A DNA stretch of 62,648 bases, the filler included. It is 8 parts of 8 records of this genome, joined end to end, with 100 filler letters (N's around TTAATTAATTAA, not from the genome) between each part and the next. Parts side by side here need not be neighbours in the genome. Positions count along the whole stretch, not along the records: positions 5,456 to 22,414 come from DRR723986_8018; positions 22,515 to 27,853 come from DRR723986_8020; positions 27,954 to 37,762 come from DRR723986_8025; 5 more parts are not named here. One strand, 5' to 3'. A program made the translations under genes and the position numbers. Positions 18,397-27,991 of the stretch are shown in pieces; the first letter of the stretch is position 1, and every line of letters starts with the position of its first letter. The notes under the pieces were generated by a model. The model saw nothing but the letters and a program-made list of their open reading frames with translations. It was not told the origin of the DNA and did no database searches.

Positions 18397-19533
18397 TCAG
18401 AGGGGCAGGCGCGCGGCGGTGCTGCCAATCCTGAGACACATATCAAGGAGAAGCGCGGCAGGGTCAAGGTTGACCGCCTTGCCGCGCCGGGCCCGTGACG
18501 TGAGGTCCGCGGAAAGGTCAGCCCATGCCCGACCTGCCCGCATATCAGGCGCAAGACGGGTCAGCAGATCGGCCTCGCCCGGCAGGATTTCCTGTGGCGG
18601 CTGGCCGGTAGCCCCGGTGCGCGCCAATCGTGACATCATCCGGTCCATCAGGTCGAGCGTCAGATCGAACCGCGCTTCGGCCCCGCGCGCGCCGCCGCTG
18701 TCGGCCAGCTTGGTGGCGCGGGTGCGGTCCATGCGGGGCAGGGTAGCAAACAGCTCCATGATCTCGGCATAGAGCGTCAGGCCCTCCTGCTGGATCAGTG
18801 CCACAGCCTCACCCGCCGATCCGGCAGCAAGTTCCGCCAATGCGGCGCTGTCCACGGCCTCGATCCCCGCCTGCCCAAGGGCGCGGCCCATGTCTTCGGG
18901 CCCGAGCGTGCCAAGCGTCAGGGTCCGGCAGCGGGACCGGATGGTCGGCAAAAGCCGCGAGGGTTGATGCGAGACGAGCAGCAGCGTCGCATTTTTCGGC
19001 GGCTCTTCCAGCATCTTCAACAGCGCGTTGGCGGCGTTCTGGTTCATCTCTTCTGCGGCATCCACGATTACCACGCGGCGGCCATTGCCCCCTGCGGACA
19101 GGCCGAAGAATTCCTTCATCTTGCGGACTTCCTCGACCGTGATCACCGTTTTGAGCCGCTTCTTTTCGCGGTCCCATGGTCGGCGGATCAGGCAAAGCCC
19201 CGGTTCAGACAGCGCATGAATGCGATGTGCAACGGGGTTCTCCGGCGAAATGTCCAGCCGGTCGGGGGCCGGGGGCGCGCCGAACAGCGCGTCGCCCTCA
19301 TCCACTGGGGCGGCCAGAAGAAACCGCGCGATGCGCCAGGCGAGCGTCGCCTTGCCGATGCCCTTTGGCCCGGTGATCAGCCAGGCGTGATGCATCCGGC
19401 CGGAATTATAGGCGTCCAGAAAGGCCGCTTCGGCATTGGCGTGCCCGTAGAGGTCATGGGCCTCGCGCGGATGTGGCGCACCTTCGGCCCGGTCGGCTTC
19501 GGGCAGCGCCTCGGCTTCGCCAAGCGTCTTCAT
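18397..19533 (-). CDS. holB: DNA polymerase III subunit delta'
   Basis: HHAWLITGPKGIGKATLA, AANALLKMLEEPP, LLPTIRSRC; follows tmk. Confidence 0.93.
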   Translation of the reverse strand: MKTLGEAEALPEADRAEGAPHPREAHDLYGHANAEAAFLDAYNSGRMHHAWLITGPKGIGKATLAWRIARFLLAAPVDEGDALFGAPPAPDRLDISPENPVAHRIHALSEPGLCLIRRPWDREKKRLKTVITVEEVRKMKEFFGLSAGGNGRRVVIVDAAEEMNQNAANALLKMLEEPPKNATLLLVSHQPSRLLPTIRSRCRTLTLGTLGPEDMGRALGQAGIEAVDSAALAELAAGSAGEAVALIQQEGLTLYAEIMELFATLPRMDRTRATKLADSGGARGAEARFDLTLDLMDRMMSRLARTGATGQPPQEILPGEADLLTRLAPDMRAGRAWADLSADLTSRARRGKAVNLDPAALLLDMCLRIGSTAARLPL

Positions 19534-20141
19534 GGTAGGGCCGCCGTGACAGCGGTCAGGACATCGTTCGCCACCATGTCCGGCGCGCGGCCTGCGTCGA
19601 TCAGGCGGCAGCGGTTGGGAAATTGCTGCGCCAGCGCGCGGAACCCGTTGCGCAAGGCAAGCTGGAAGGGCAGGCCGAATTCTTCGAACCGGTCTTCGCC
19701 TGAATTGCGGGCCAGCCCTCGGGACAGGGCGGTTTCGGGGTCCATGTCGAGGATCAGCGTCAGGTCGGGTTCGCAGCCGATGGCCAGGTCATGAATGCCG
19801 TCGACCAGCCCGCGCAGATCGCCGCGCGTGGCGCCCTGATAGACGCGGGTGGAATCGGCAAACCGATCGGTGATCACCACTTTGCCCTCGGCCAGCGCCG
19901 GGCGGATCGTGCGTTCCAGATGATCACGCCGGGCGGCGGTAAAGAGCAATATCTCGGTTTCGGCAGACCAGCGATCCGGTTCGCCCTCGACCAGCAGGCG
20001 GCGAATATCCTCGGCCCCCGGCGCGCCACCCGGTTCGCGGGTCAGCACGACCTTACGGCCCTGGGCGCGCAAGGCCTCGGCCAGCAGCCGTGCCTGGGTG
20101 CTCTTGCCGGACCCGTCGATGCCTTCAAGCGAGATGAACAT
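19530..20141 (-). CDS. tmk: Thymidylate kinase
   Basis: FISLEGIDGSGKSTQ, TREPGG, DRFADST.VYQG. Confidence 0.95.
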   Translation of the reverse strand: MFISLEGIDGSGKSTQARLLAEALRAQGRKVVLTREPGGAPGAEDIRRLLVEGEPDRWSAETEILLFTAARRDHLERTIRPALAEGKVVITDRFADSTRVYQGATRGDLRGLVDGIHDLAIGCEPDLTLILDMDPETALSRGLARNSGEDRFEEFGLPFQLALRNGFRALAQQFPNRCRLIDAGRAPDMVANDVLTAVTAALP

Positions 20142-21307
20142 CAGCCTGCCAGCGGATCGCCGCCGCCAAACACCCTCTGCATGACCTGTTCGAAGGCGGT
20201 GCGCAGGCGCAGGCCGATCCCGGCGGTGCCGACATTCTGCGTGGCCAGCAATGGCACGCGGCGTTCCTCCATATCGGGCACGCGGATCACCAGTTCGCCC
20301 AGTTCCTGACCGGCGACGATGGGGGCCTGAACGGGGCCGGTGTAGATGACCTCTGCTTCCATCTCGCTATCGAGCAGAGCGGGCAGCAGCATGGTGACGC
20401 TTTCAGCCGCGGCCATGCCGACCGTCGCGGCATCGCCCAGGAACACCTCGGCTTGTGCGACTTCCGTGCCTTCGGTCACGACCTCTCGTTCGGCAAACTG
20501 GCGAAACGCCCAGTTGACGATACGTTCGCTTTCGCGGGCCCGCGCCTCGGCGGTTTCCAGGCCGGAAATCACGAAGGTCACCCGCCGATTACCCTGCGCG
20601 GCAGAGCCCACAAGCCCAAAGCCGGCCTCTTGCGTATGGCCGGTCTTGAGCCCGTCTGCCCCGATCCCAAGCCCAAGCAGCGGGTTGCGGTTGAAGCGGT
20701 TGTCAGGGGCACGCCCGTCAAAGGGAAATTCGCGCTCGTTGAAGTAGTGGTAGTACTGCGGAAATTCGGTAATCAGTCGTTCGGCCAGAATACCCAGATC
20801 GCGGGCCGACATCACATGACCCGGTTCCGGCCAGCCGTTTGAATTGCGGAAGGTGGAGTTCATCATTCCCAATTGCCGCGCGCGCTGAGTCATCAGATCG
20901 GCGAAGCCAGCCTCGGTGCCATCGGGCGACAGAGCCTCTGCCAGAACGGCGGTGGCGTCGTTGCCCGACAAAACGATAACGCCCAGGATCAGATCCTCGA
21001 CACTGACCCGGTCACGGGTGTTAAGGAACATGGTCGAGCCGCCATAATCCATCGCGTGCTGACTGACTGGCAGCAGCGTATCCAGCGCCAGCCGCCCGTC
21101 CTCCAACGCCTCGAACACCATGTTCAGTGTCATCAGCTTGGACATGGAAGCCGGGGGCAGGGGCACGTCGGCATTCAGATCCAGCAGCACCTGCCCGGTG
21201 TTGTGGTCGATCACATAGGCGGCCGTCGCCTCGGTTTCGAACGCGGCCGCGGGCAGGGTGAGACACCCGATGAGGAAGGCAAAGACAAGGTGAAGCCGGG
21301 CGAACAT
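20141..21307 (-). CDS. D-alanyl-D-alanine carboxypeptidase (peptidase S11)
   Basis: PASMSKLMT (SxxK), SGND (SxN) and KTG motifs; signal peptide. Confidence 0.93.
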   Translation of the reverse strand: MFARLHLVFAFLIGCLTLPAAAFETEATAAYVIDHNTGQVLLDLNADVPLPPASMSKLMTLNMVFEALEDGRLALDTLLPVSQHAMDYGGSTMFLNTRDRVSVEDLILGVIVLSGNDATAVLAEALSPDGTEAGFADLMTQRARQLGMMNSTFRNSNGWPEPGHVMSARDLGILAERLITEFPQYYHYFNEREFPFDGRAPDNRFNRNPLLGLGIGADGLKTGHTQEAGFGLVGSAAQGNRRVTFVISGLETAEARARESERIVNWAFRQFAEREVVTEGTEVAQAEVFLGDAATVGMAAAESVTMLLPALLDSEMEAEVIYTGPVQAPIVAGQELGELVIRVPDMEERRVPLLATQNVGTAGIGLRLRTAFEQVMQRVFGGGDPLAG

Positions 21308-21325
21308 GGATCCTCTTTGAGCAGG

Positions 21326-22162
21326 TCAGTGTGTTACGAAATAGGCGTCGGTAAAGCCAAGTCCACGCACGGTTTCACGCATGCGGTTTCGGTCTGCCGT
21401 TGTCTGTGCCGGGCCGATCACCACACGCCAGAAGGTGCGTCCGCTGCTGGTCTGTTCGTGCACGGTCGGGGACAGGTCCGCGTCGCGCATCATCCGGGCA
21501 GTGCGGTCGGCATTGGCCTCGACACTGAAGATGCCGATCTGGATGTAGGGCCGGTCGAGGCTGCTTGTCTGCGGGGCGGGGGCCGCAGCCTCTGCCTCTG
21601 CCGCGTCGATGGCAGCAGCAGCGGCGCTGATCGGGTCGATGGCGGTGGTTTCGATCTCGCCCGCAGGCGCAGCGGCAGCGGCGGCCGGGGCGGGCTCGGG
21701 GTCGGCCACTTCCTCGCGGCGCAGCGCTGTGACGTTCAGGTCGGTCGGCGAACCCGCAACCATGTTCAGCGCTGCGGCGGCATCAGAGGAAACCTGCAAG
21801 GCCGGCCCGGGGTTTTCGCGTTCGCGCCGGAACAGTGCTCCAATCACGAAACGGCCATTTGCCTCGTTGCGGATGATCACCCGTTCGGGATCGCTCGCAT
21901 CGGGATGCGCCACCCAGACCCCGCCAAGCGAAGGCCGCCCGTCCCAAAGTCCCTGATCGGTGACCTGAAAGACCTCGGGGGCTTCGACATCGCGTTCCAC
22001 CAGCCGGGTCGAGCCTGAGCGTTCAGACGTTGCGCCGCCGCCCGGGCCCGCGCCCTGCCCAAAGGGCAGTTGAAACCCGTCCTCGCAGCCCGCGACCGCA
22101 AATACGAGCGCAAGCGCCCCGATAATCCGCACCGGCTGTCTGTCGCCCTTCAGGAAGCTCAT
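21326..22162 (-). CDS. SPOR-domain lipoprotein
   Basis: Lipobox VAGC, LWDGRPSLGGVWVAHPD, C-terminal YIQIGIFSVEANA...WRVVIGP...GFTDAY. Confidence 0.85.
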   Translation of the reverse strand: MSFLKGDRQPVRIIGALALVFAVAGCEDGFQLPFGQGAGPGGGATSERSGSTRLVERDVEAPEVFQVTDQGLWDGRPSLGGVWVAHPDASDPERVIIRNEANGRFVIGALFRRERENPGPALQVSSDAAAALNMVAGSPTDLNVTALRREEVADPEPAPAAAAAAPAGEIETTAIDPISAAAAAIDAAEAEAAAPAPQTSSLDRPYIQIGIFSVEANADRTARMMRDADLSPTVHEQTSSGRTFWRVVIGPAQTTADRNRMRETVRGLGFTDAYFVTH

Positions 22163-22393
22163 GATATTTCCCCTGCTCTGCCGCCCATTGCGCCTTTTGA
22201 TCTGCGCTTTCTTGCCTGGCGTTGCCGTCCATGCCGCCGGGTCATGCCCGGCCATTCGCGCGAAGGATACAGCTTCACCCGCGCGCTGCAAACCCATCCT
22301 TGTCGTTATCGGCAACATCCTGCGGTTCAAGAGCGATCCGCGACCACTTTCAGAATCGCATGAGGGGCGATAAGGGAAGCTTCCGACCCAGCC

Positions 22394-22414
22394 GGAGGAG
22401 TGGCAGAGTGGTCG
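22394..22414 (+). tRNA. tRNA-Ser 5' fragment (truncated by contig end)
   Basis: GGAGGAGTGGCAGAGTGGTCG acceptor/D-arm start. The anticodon is not visible; identity is inferred from sequence and the SPOR-dac-tmk context. Confidence 0.7.
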
Positions 22415-22514
22415 NNNNNNNNNNNNNNNNNNNNNNNNNNNNNNNNNNNNNNNNNNNNTTAATTAATTAANNNNNNNNNNNNNNNNNNNNNNNNNNNNNN
22501 NNNNNNNNNNNNNN
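22415..22514. other. Artificial contig spacer
   Basis: N44-TTAATTAATTAA-N44. Confidence 0.98.
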
Positions 22515-22637
22515 AAAATCATCCCTGATTTTGACGATCCCGGAAAGCTCCCCCGCTCACTGTCCCGAACGTTATTGGGGGCATCGAAGGGTACGAATTT
22601 ATAGATCGAAATTCAGGATATAGAGAGACATCTACAA

Positions 22638-23399
22638 ATGCTGAGTATCAAAAACCTGCACGCTTCCGTTGAGGGCAAAGAAATCCTCAAGGGCATTAAC
22701 CTGGAGATCAAGGCCGGGGAAGTTCACGCCATCATGGGCCCGAACGGTTCCGGTAAGAGTACCCTGTCACAGGTTCTGGCAGGCAACGACGCATTTGAAG
22801 TCACCGAGGGCGAAGTCACCCTGAACGGAGACAACCTCCTGGATCTGGAAACCGAAGAACGCGCCCGCGAAGGCATCTTCCTGGCCTTCCAGTACCCGGT
22901 GGAAATCCCGGGCGTGAGCAACCTGCAGTTCCTGCGCACCGCCGTCAACGCCATGCGCAAGCACAAGGGCCAGGACGAGATGAACGCGGCTGAGTTCATG
23001 AAGCTGGCCAAGGAAGTTTCCAAACAGGTAGACCTGGACCCGGCCTTCCTGAAACGCGGCGTGAACGAAGGCTTCTCCGGTGGCGAGAAGAAACGTAACG
23101 AGATCATGCAGGCCCTGCTGCTGCAGCCGAAACTGGCCATTCTGGATGAAACCGATTCCGGCCTGGACATCGACGCCCTGAAAGTGGTTTCCGATGGCGT
23201 GAATGCTCTACGCTCGGAAGACCGCGCCATTCTTATGGTCACTCACTACCAGCGCCTGCTGAACCACATTGTTCCGGATTATGTGCACGTACTGGCTGGT
23301 GGCAAGATCATCAAGTCGGGCGGTCGTGAACTGGCCCTGGAACTGGAAGAGAAAGGTTACGGCTGGCTGGGCATTAAAGACGACGACACCAGCAACTGA
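22638..23399 (+). CDS. sufC: Fe-S cluster assembly ATPase SufC
   Basis: GPNGSGKST, FLAFQYPVEIPGV, NEGFSGGEKKRNE, DETDSGLDIDAL. Confidence 0.97.
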   Translation: MLSIKNLHASVEGKEILKGINLEIKAGEVHAIMGPNGSGKSTLSQVLAGNDAFEVTEGEVTLNGDNLLDLETEERAREGIFLAFQYPVEIPGVSNLQFLRTAVNAMRKHKGQDEMNAAEFMKLAKEVSKQVDLDPAFLKRGVNEGFSGGEKKRNEIMQALLLQPKLAILDETDSGLDIDALKVVSDGVNALRSEDRAILMVTHYQRLLNHIVPDYVHVLAGGKIIKSGGRELALELEEKGYGWLGIKDDDTSN

Positions 23400-23414
23400 T
23401 CAGGAGGCCGTGGA

Positions 23415-24701
23415 ATGAAATCTGTACCCATGCTTTCCAGCGCCTTCCTGCACCCGGCCGGGGCATCCCTGCCGGAGCCGTTGCTGGCGCTGCGCAAGGA
23501 GCGGGCCAGCGCGCTGGTAGATATGCCGCTGCCTACTCGCAAGACCGAGAACTGGAAGTACTCCAGCAAGTACCTGAAGCTGGCCGACGATATGGCCATT
23601 TCCCTGCCGGCCGAAGGCAAGACCGGCAACAGTCTCGCTGTGCCCGGCTACAAAGTGGTTTTCATCAACGGCGTGATGATTCCTGAAGCCAGCGAGTATC
23701 CGGATCTCGACGGTATCGAGATCCTGAGCTTCAACGATCTGGCTAACGACGAAGCTGAAGCCCTGTCTGCAAAGCTGGGCAGCACCCTGAATCACGATCA
23801 GGTCCAATTCGCCCGCCTGAACGGGGCGCGCTTCGAGGATGGCCTGTTCATTCGCCTGAAACCCGACGCGGTGCTGGATCAGCCGTTGTTCATCATCCAT
23901 GAAACCAGCGCTGACGCCAGCGGCTCCGCCTATCCACGTATCTACGTGGAAGCCGGCGCCAACAGCCAGCTGACTCTGGTAGAGGAATACACCTCCAGTG
24001 GTGAAGCATCCGCCTTGGTCAGCACAGTAACCGAATTCAATCTGGCCGATGGCGCCAACGTCACCAGCATCCGCCTGAACATGGAAGGCGAGAATGTTCA
24101 GCACATTGGTGCTACCGGTGTACTGCAACAACGCAGCTCGCGCTTCGAGAGCCATTGCGTTGGCTTTGGCGGCCCACTGCGCCGGCACGATCTGCAGGTG
24201 CGGCTTGAAGGCGAAGGTGCGGAAACCAAGCTCAATGGCGTGGTGGTTACCCAGGGCAAACAGCACTACGACAACCACACGTCTATCGACCATGTCGCGG
24301 CCCACTGCAACAGCGAAGAGACCTATCGCAATATTGCAGCCGACCAGTCCCATGCCGTGTTCAACGGCCGGATTCATATCCACCAGGACGCCCAGAAGTC
24401 CAATGCGGATATGAACAACAAGAACCTGCTGCTGTCCAACGGGGCAGAGATTGACACCAAACCGGAACTGGAAATCTACGCCGACGATGTGAAGTGTGCG
24501 CACGGCGCCACCATCGGTCAGTTGGACGAGACTTCCGTGTTCTACCTGGTATCGCGCGGGATCGGCCGCCGGCAGGCCAATGTTCTGCTCACCATGGCGT
24601 TTATTAACGAGCTGGTGCAACAGATTCCGGTCGAAGCCGTGCGTGAAACCGCCCAAGCGCGGTTGAGTGATTTCTTTGAGCAAACCTTTCAGGAGGCCTG
24701 A
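23415..24701 (+). CDS. sufD: Fe-S cluster assembly protein SufD
   Basis: PTRKTENWKY and IDTKPELEIYADDVKCAHGATIGQLD. Confidence 0.96.
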   Translation: MKSVPMLSSAFLHPAGASLPEPLLALRKERASALVDMPLPTRKTENWKYSSKYLKLADDMAISLPAEGKTGNSLAVPGYKVVFINGVMIPEASEYPDLDGIEILSFNDLANDEAEALSAKLGSTLNHDQVQFARLNGARFEDGLFIRLKPDAVLDQPLFIIHETSADASGSAYPRIYVEAGANSQLTLVEEYTSSGEASALVSTVTEFNLADGANVTSIRLNMEGENVQHIGATGVLQQRSSRFESHCVGFGGPLRRHDLQVRLEGEGAETKLNGVVVTQGKQHYDNHTSIDHVAAHCNSEETYRNIAADQSHAVFNGRIHIHQDAQKSNADMNNKNLLLSNGAEIDTKPELEIYADDVKCAHGATIGQLDETSVFYLVSRGIGRRQANVLLTMAFINELVQQIPVEAVRETAQARLSDFFEQTFQEA

Positions 24702-24706
24702 GGGGC

Positions 24707-25960
24707 ATGACTGATCTGTCCGTGGCAAACAACACCCAGTCGATGGCGTTTGATGTACAAGCCATTCGCCGCGACTTCCCGATTCTCCATCAAGAGATCA
24801 ACGGGAAGCCGCTGGTGTATCTGGACAATGGCGCATCGGCGCAGAAGCCACAGGCCGTGCTGGATGCCATGGACCGCTATTACCGCGAGATGCACTCCAA
24901 CGTACACCGTGGCGCCCATACCCTGGGTGATCGTGCGACGGCTGCGTTTGAAGGCTCCCGGGAAACCGTGCGCGAATTCCTTAATGCGCCCAGCACCCGC
25001 GAAATCATCTGGACCCGCGGCACCACGGAAGCCATCAACCTGGTGGCCAACGGCCTGGCCCCACGCCTGAAAGCCGGCGATGAGATTCTGGTCAGCCACA
25101 TGGAACACCACGCCAACATTGTGCCCTGGCAGATGGTGGCCGAGCGCACCGGTGCCAGGGTTGTGCCCATTCAGGTGACACCGCAAGGCGAGCTGGACCT
25201 GGATTCGTTCAACAGCCTGCTGAATGAGCGCACCCGGGTGCTGGCGATCACCCACGTGTCCAACGTGCTGGGCACCGTCAACCCGATTGCGCCCCTGATC
25301 GAACAGGCGAAAAAACAGGGTGTACTGACCCTGGTTGACGGCGCCCAGGCGGTGCCCCACTTCCAGCCGGACGTTCAGGCTCTGGGCTGTGATTTCTATG
25401 TATTCTCTTCCCACAAACTGTTCGGGCCCACGGGCATTGGCGTGCTTTATGGCCGCGCCGAACTGCTGGAAGAAATGCCACCTTACCAGGGCGGTGGCGA
25501 AATGATTGAGCGGGTATCGTTCGAACGAACCACCTGGAATGTGCTGCCCTACAAATTCGAGGCTGGCACCCCGGCTATTGCCGAAGCAGTGGGCCTGGGT
25601 GCCGCTATCGACTATCTGAACTCTCTGGACAGAAAGGCCATGGAAGCGGCAGAGAATGCCTTGCTGCGCCAGGCCAATGAACTGGTCGAAACCGTACCAG
25701 GCATGGAGATTATCGGCACCGCGAAGCAGAAAGTACCGGTGATGTCGTTCAAGATTGCCGGCCTGCACCCAAGCGACATCGGCACTCTGCTGGATCAGCA
25801 AGGCATCGCCATCCGCACCGGCCACCATTGCGCCATGCCATTGATGGATTTCTACGGAGTACCCGGTACAGCCCGGGCTTCGTTTGCGTTCTACAATACG
25901 CTGGAAGAGGTCGAGAAACTGTTTACCGGCCTGCAAAAGGTCCAGCGCCTGTTTGCCTGA
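24707..25960 (+). CDS. sufS: Cysteine desulfurase SufS
   Basis: YLDNGASAQKP, MEHHANIVPW, SSHKLFGPTG, RTGHHCA. Confidence 0.96.
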   Translation: MTDLSVANNTQSMAFDVQAIRRDFPILHQEINGKPLVYLDNGASAQKPQAVLDAMDRYYREMHSNVHRGAHTLGDRATAAFEGSRETVREFLNAPSTREIIWTRGTTEAINLVANGLAPRLKAGDEILVSHMEHHANIVPWQMVAERTGARVVPIQVTPQGELDLDSFNSLLNERTRVLAITHVSNVLGTVNPIAPLIEQAKKQGVLTLVDGAQAVPHFQPDVQALGCDFYVFSSHKLFGPTGIGVLYGRAELLEEMPPYQGGGEMIERVSFERTTWNVLPYKFEAGTPAIAEAVGLGAAIDYLNSLDRKAMEAAENALLRQANELVETVPGMEIIGTAKQKVPVMSFKIAGLHPSDIGTLLDQQGIAIRTGHHCAMPLMDFYGVPGTARASFAFYNTLEEVEKLFTGLQKVQRLFA

Positions 25961-25972
25961 GGAGGTGGAAAC

Positions 25973-26329
25973 ATGACAGCCGAAGTCTTCACCCCAAGCG
26001 ATGTGAACGTGACTATGACCCCAACGGCGGTCAAACACGTTCGCAAACAACTGGACAAGAAACCGGAAGCCAAAGGCATTCGCCTGGCCATCAAAAAGAG
26101 TGGCTGTTCCGGCTTCAAGTATGAAACCCAGTGGGTAGAAACACCGGAATCCGATGATCGTATTTTTACCATCGACGGCGTGGATGTGTTCGTAAAACAG
26201 GAACACCTGCCACTGGTGAACGGCATCGAAATCGACTTTGTCACCGAGGGTGTGAACTCCCTGTTCCGCTTCCGCAATCCCAACGCCACCGCTGAATGCG
26301 GCTGTGGTGAAAGCTTCACGGTGGCGTAA
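25973..26329 (+). CDS. sufA: A-type Fe-S carrier (SufA/HesB family)
   Basis: KKSGCSGFKY and NPNATAECGCGESF. Confidence 0.92.
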   Translation: MTAEVFTPSDVNVTMTPTAVKHVRKQLDKKPEAKGIRLAIKKSGCSGFKYETQWVETPESDDRIFTIDGVDVFVKQEHLPLVNGIEIDFVTEGVNSLFRFRNPNATAECGCGESFTVA

Positions 26330-26354
26330 AGCACAGAGATAGGACTGATCAAAC

Positions 26355-26897
26355 ATGCAAGAACGCGAAGTCGTCCTGACCAAACGCGAAGTGGAAGCCC
26401 GCCTGGTACCTGCCGGAACGGAAATCATGATTCCGTCAGACACCTTTGTGACCATTACCCAATCCCTCGGCGGTAGCTTCACCGTGGCGGTCAACGGCAA
26501 TCTTGCCCGCATTGAAGGCCACGACGCCGATGCCCTGGGCAAGCAGCCGCTGGAAAGCAGCTTCGAGACCCCGGAAGACGGCACCATCAACGAAAACCAG
26601 GTATGGGAAGCGCTGCGTAACTGCTACGACCCGGAAATCCCGGTGGACGTAGTCAACCTCGGCCTGATTTACGAATGCCGGATTGAGAACGGCACAGAAG
26701 ACGGCAATCACGTTTACATCAAAATGACCCTGACCGCAGCTGGCTGCGGCATGGGGCCGGTAATCACCGACGATGTGAAGCGAAAGGTGGAGCATGTACC
26801 CAATGTGGACAAGGTAACCGTTGAGCTCACCTTTGATCCGCCCTGGAACAACGATATGCTCACCGACGAAGCCAAACTTGAACTGGGAATGCTATGA
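26355..26897 (+). CDS. sufT: Fe-S assembly protein SufT (DUF59)
   Basis: YDPEIPVDVVNLGLIY, MTLTAAGCGMGP, LTFDPPW. Confidence 0.92.
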   Translation: MQEREVVLTKREVEARLVPAGTEIMIPSDTFVTITQSLGGSFTVAVNGNLARIEGHDADALGKQPLESSFETPEDGTINENQVWEALRNCYDPEIPVDVVNLGLIYECRIENGTEDGNHVYIKMTLTAAGCGMGPVITDDVKRKVEHVPNVDKVTVELTFDPPWNNDMLTDEAKLELGML

Positions 26898-27352
26898 CCG
26901 CCAGCAAGGAACAATTTCTGAACAATCCCCTGGGCAAAGACACCACCCTTGAAGACGTTCTGGATGCGTTTGAGTTTCTGGACGACTGGGAAGAACGTTA
27001 CGCCTACATCATCGACCTGGGCAAACAGCTGCCAGGTTTTCCCGATGATGAGCGGGTTGAAGAAAACTACGTGCATGGCTGCCAGAGTCAGGTATGGCTG
27101 ATTCACCTGTACGATGAGGACAGTGGCAAACTGTTCCTGCTGATCGACTCCGATGCCATGATTGTGCGCGGCCTGGCCGCCATCATTCTGGTGGCTCTGA
27201 ACGGCAAGACGCCTCGAGAGCTGCTGGCCACCGATATCGATGAACTGTTCGAGCAGCTGGATCTGTTCCGCCATATCTCCCCCACCCGGGGCAACGGCCT
27301 GCGGGCCATGGTCGGCAAGATCCGGGATATTGCGGCGGCCGAGGCCGCCTGA
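26894..27352 (+). CDS. sufE: SufE family sulfur acceptor
   Basis: DDWEERYAYIIDLGK, VHGCQSQVW, DSDAMIVRGL, SPTRGNGL. Confidence 0.94.
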   Translation: MTASKEQFLNNPLGKDTTLEDVLDAFEFLDDWEERYAYIIDLGKQLPGFPDDERVEENYVHGCQSQVWLIHLYDEDSGKLFLLIDSDAMIVRGLAAIILVALNGKTPRELLATDIDELFEQLDLFRHISPTRGNGLRAMVGKIRDIAAAEAA

Positions 27353-27355
27353 GAC

Positions 27356-27853
27356 TTACCAGATAATGGCCAGGTCATCGCGCTGAACGTTGATCAGGCC
27401 ACCTTCCGTGGGGATTCGCCCGTTACTGAAATCCGGATGCACGTTGTCCAGTGTCAGCGTCACCCCGGTATCGGACAGCTCAGGCGTACCATCCAGTGAA
27501 TCGAAGTATCGCTGGCTGCGGTACAGATCGAGTTCATCCCCCGGGCGCAGCCCCGCCGTTGCGCCGAAGGCAAGAGTCACCCGGTTGCCATCCACACGGG
27601 TTATCCGGGCCATGAATGGCTGACAGGCCAGAGCATTGTTGACGGCGGCGGTCATCTCGGCAATGACACCTTCAACCGCCTGCCCCCACTCAGAGCCTTC
27701 AAAGCCCGCCGAAGCAAAACCTCCAGTACCACTGCCATCCGGCTGCCAACGTGCCGAGGTTTCAAACCGCTGCCGGAAGACCGGGGAACCGCTGAAGCCA
27801 TCAAACACCATCACTTCGACCTCAAACCGGCGGGTGGTGTCAGCCATTCCGAT
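27356..27853 (-). CDS. FlgT-like flagellar assembly protein, C-terminal part (5' truncated)
   Basis: VFDGFSG..VF...F..SEWGQAV...ALACQPFMARITRVDGNRVTL..GA.AGLRPGDEL. Confidence 0.7.
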   Translation of the reverse strand: MGMADTTRRFEVEVMVFDGFSGSPVFRQRFETSARWQPDGSGTGGFASAGFEGSEWGQAVEGVIAEMTAAVNNALACQPFMARITRVDGNRVTLAFGATAGLRPGDELDLYRSQRYFDSLDGTPELSDTGVTLTLDNVHPDFSNGRIPTEGGLINVQRDDLAIIW

Positions 27854-27953
27854 NNNNNNNNNNNNNNNNNNNNNNNNNNNNNNNNNNNNNNNNNNNNTTA
27901 ATTAATTAANNNNNNNNNNNNNNNNNNNNNNNNNNNNNNNNNNNNNNNNNNNN
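27854..27953. other. Artificial contig spacer
   Basis: N44-TTAATTAATTAA-N44. Confidence 0.98.
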
Positions 27954-27991
27954 TGTTGGGCTGGTTGACCGCCGGCCAGGTCGTGGCATGA
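27954..27991 (+). CDS. C-terminal tail of the upstream gene, probably cdsA
   Basis: [11 protein letters not shown] ends in an ATGA overlap with dxr. Identity rests only on the conserved cdsA-dxr-rseP order. Confidence 0.45.

Noticed and set aside
23400-26590. 442- and 633-aa ORFs antisense to the suf genes
   Set aside because: They lie opposite well-conserved genes and show no RBS or domain motifs.
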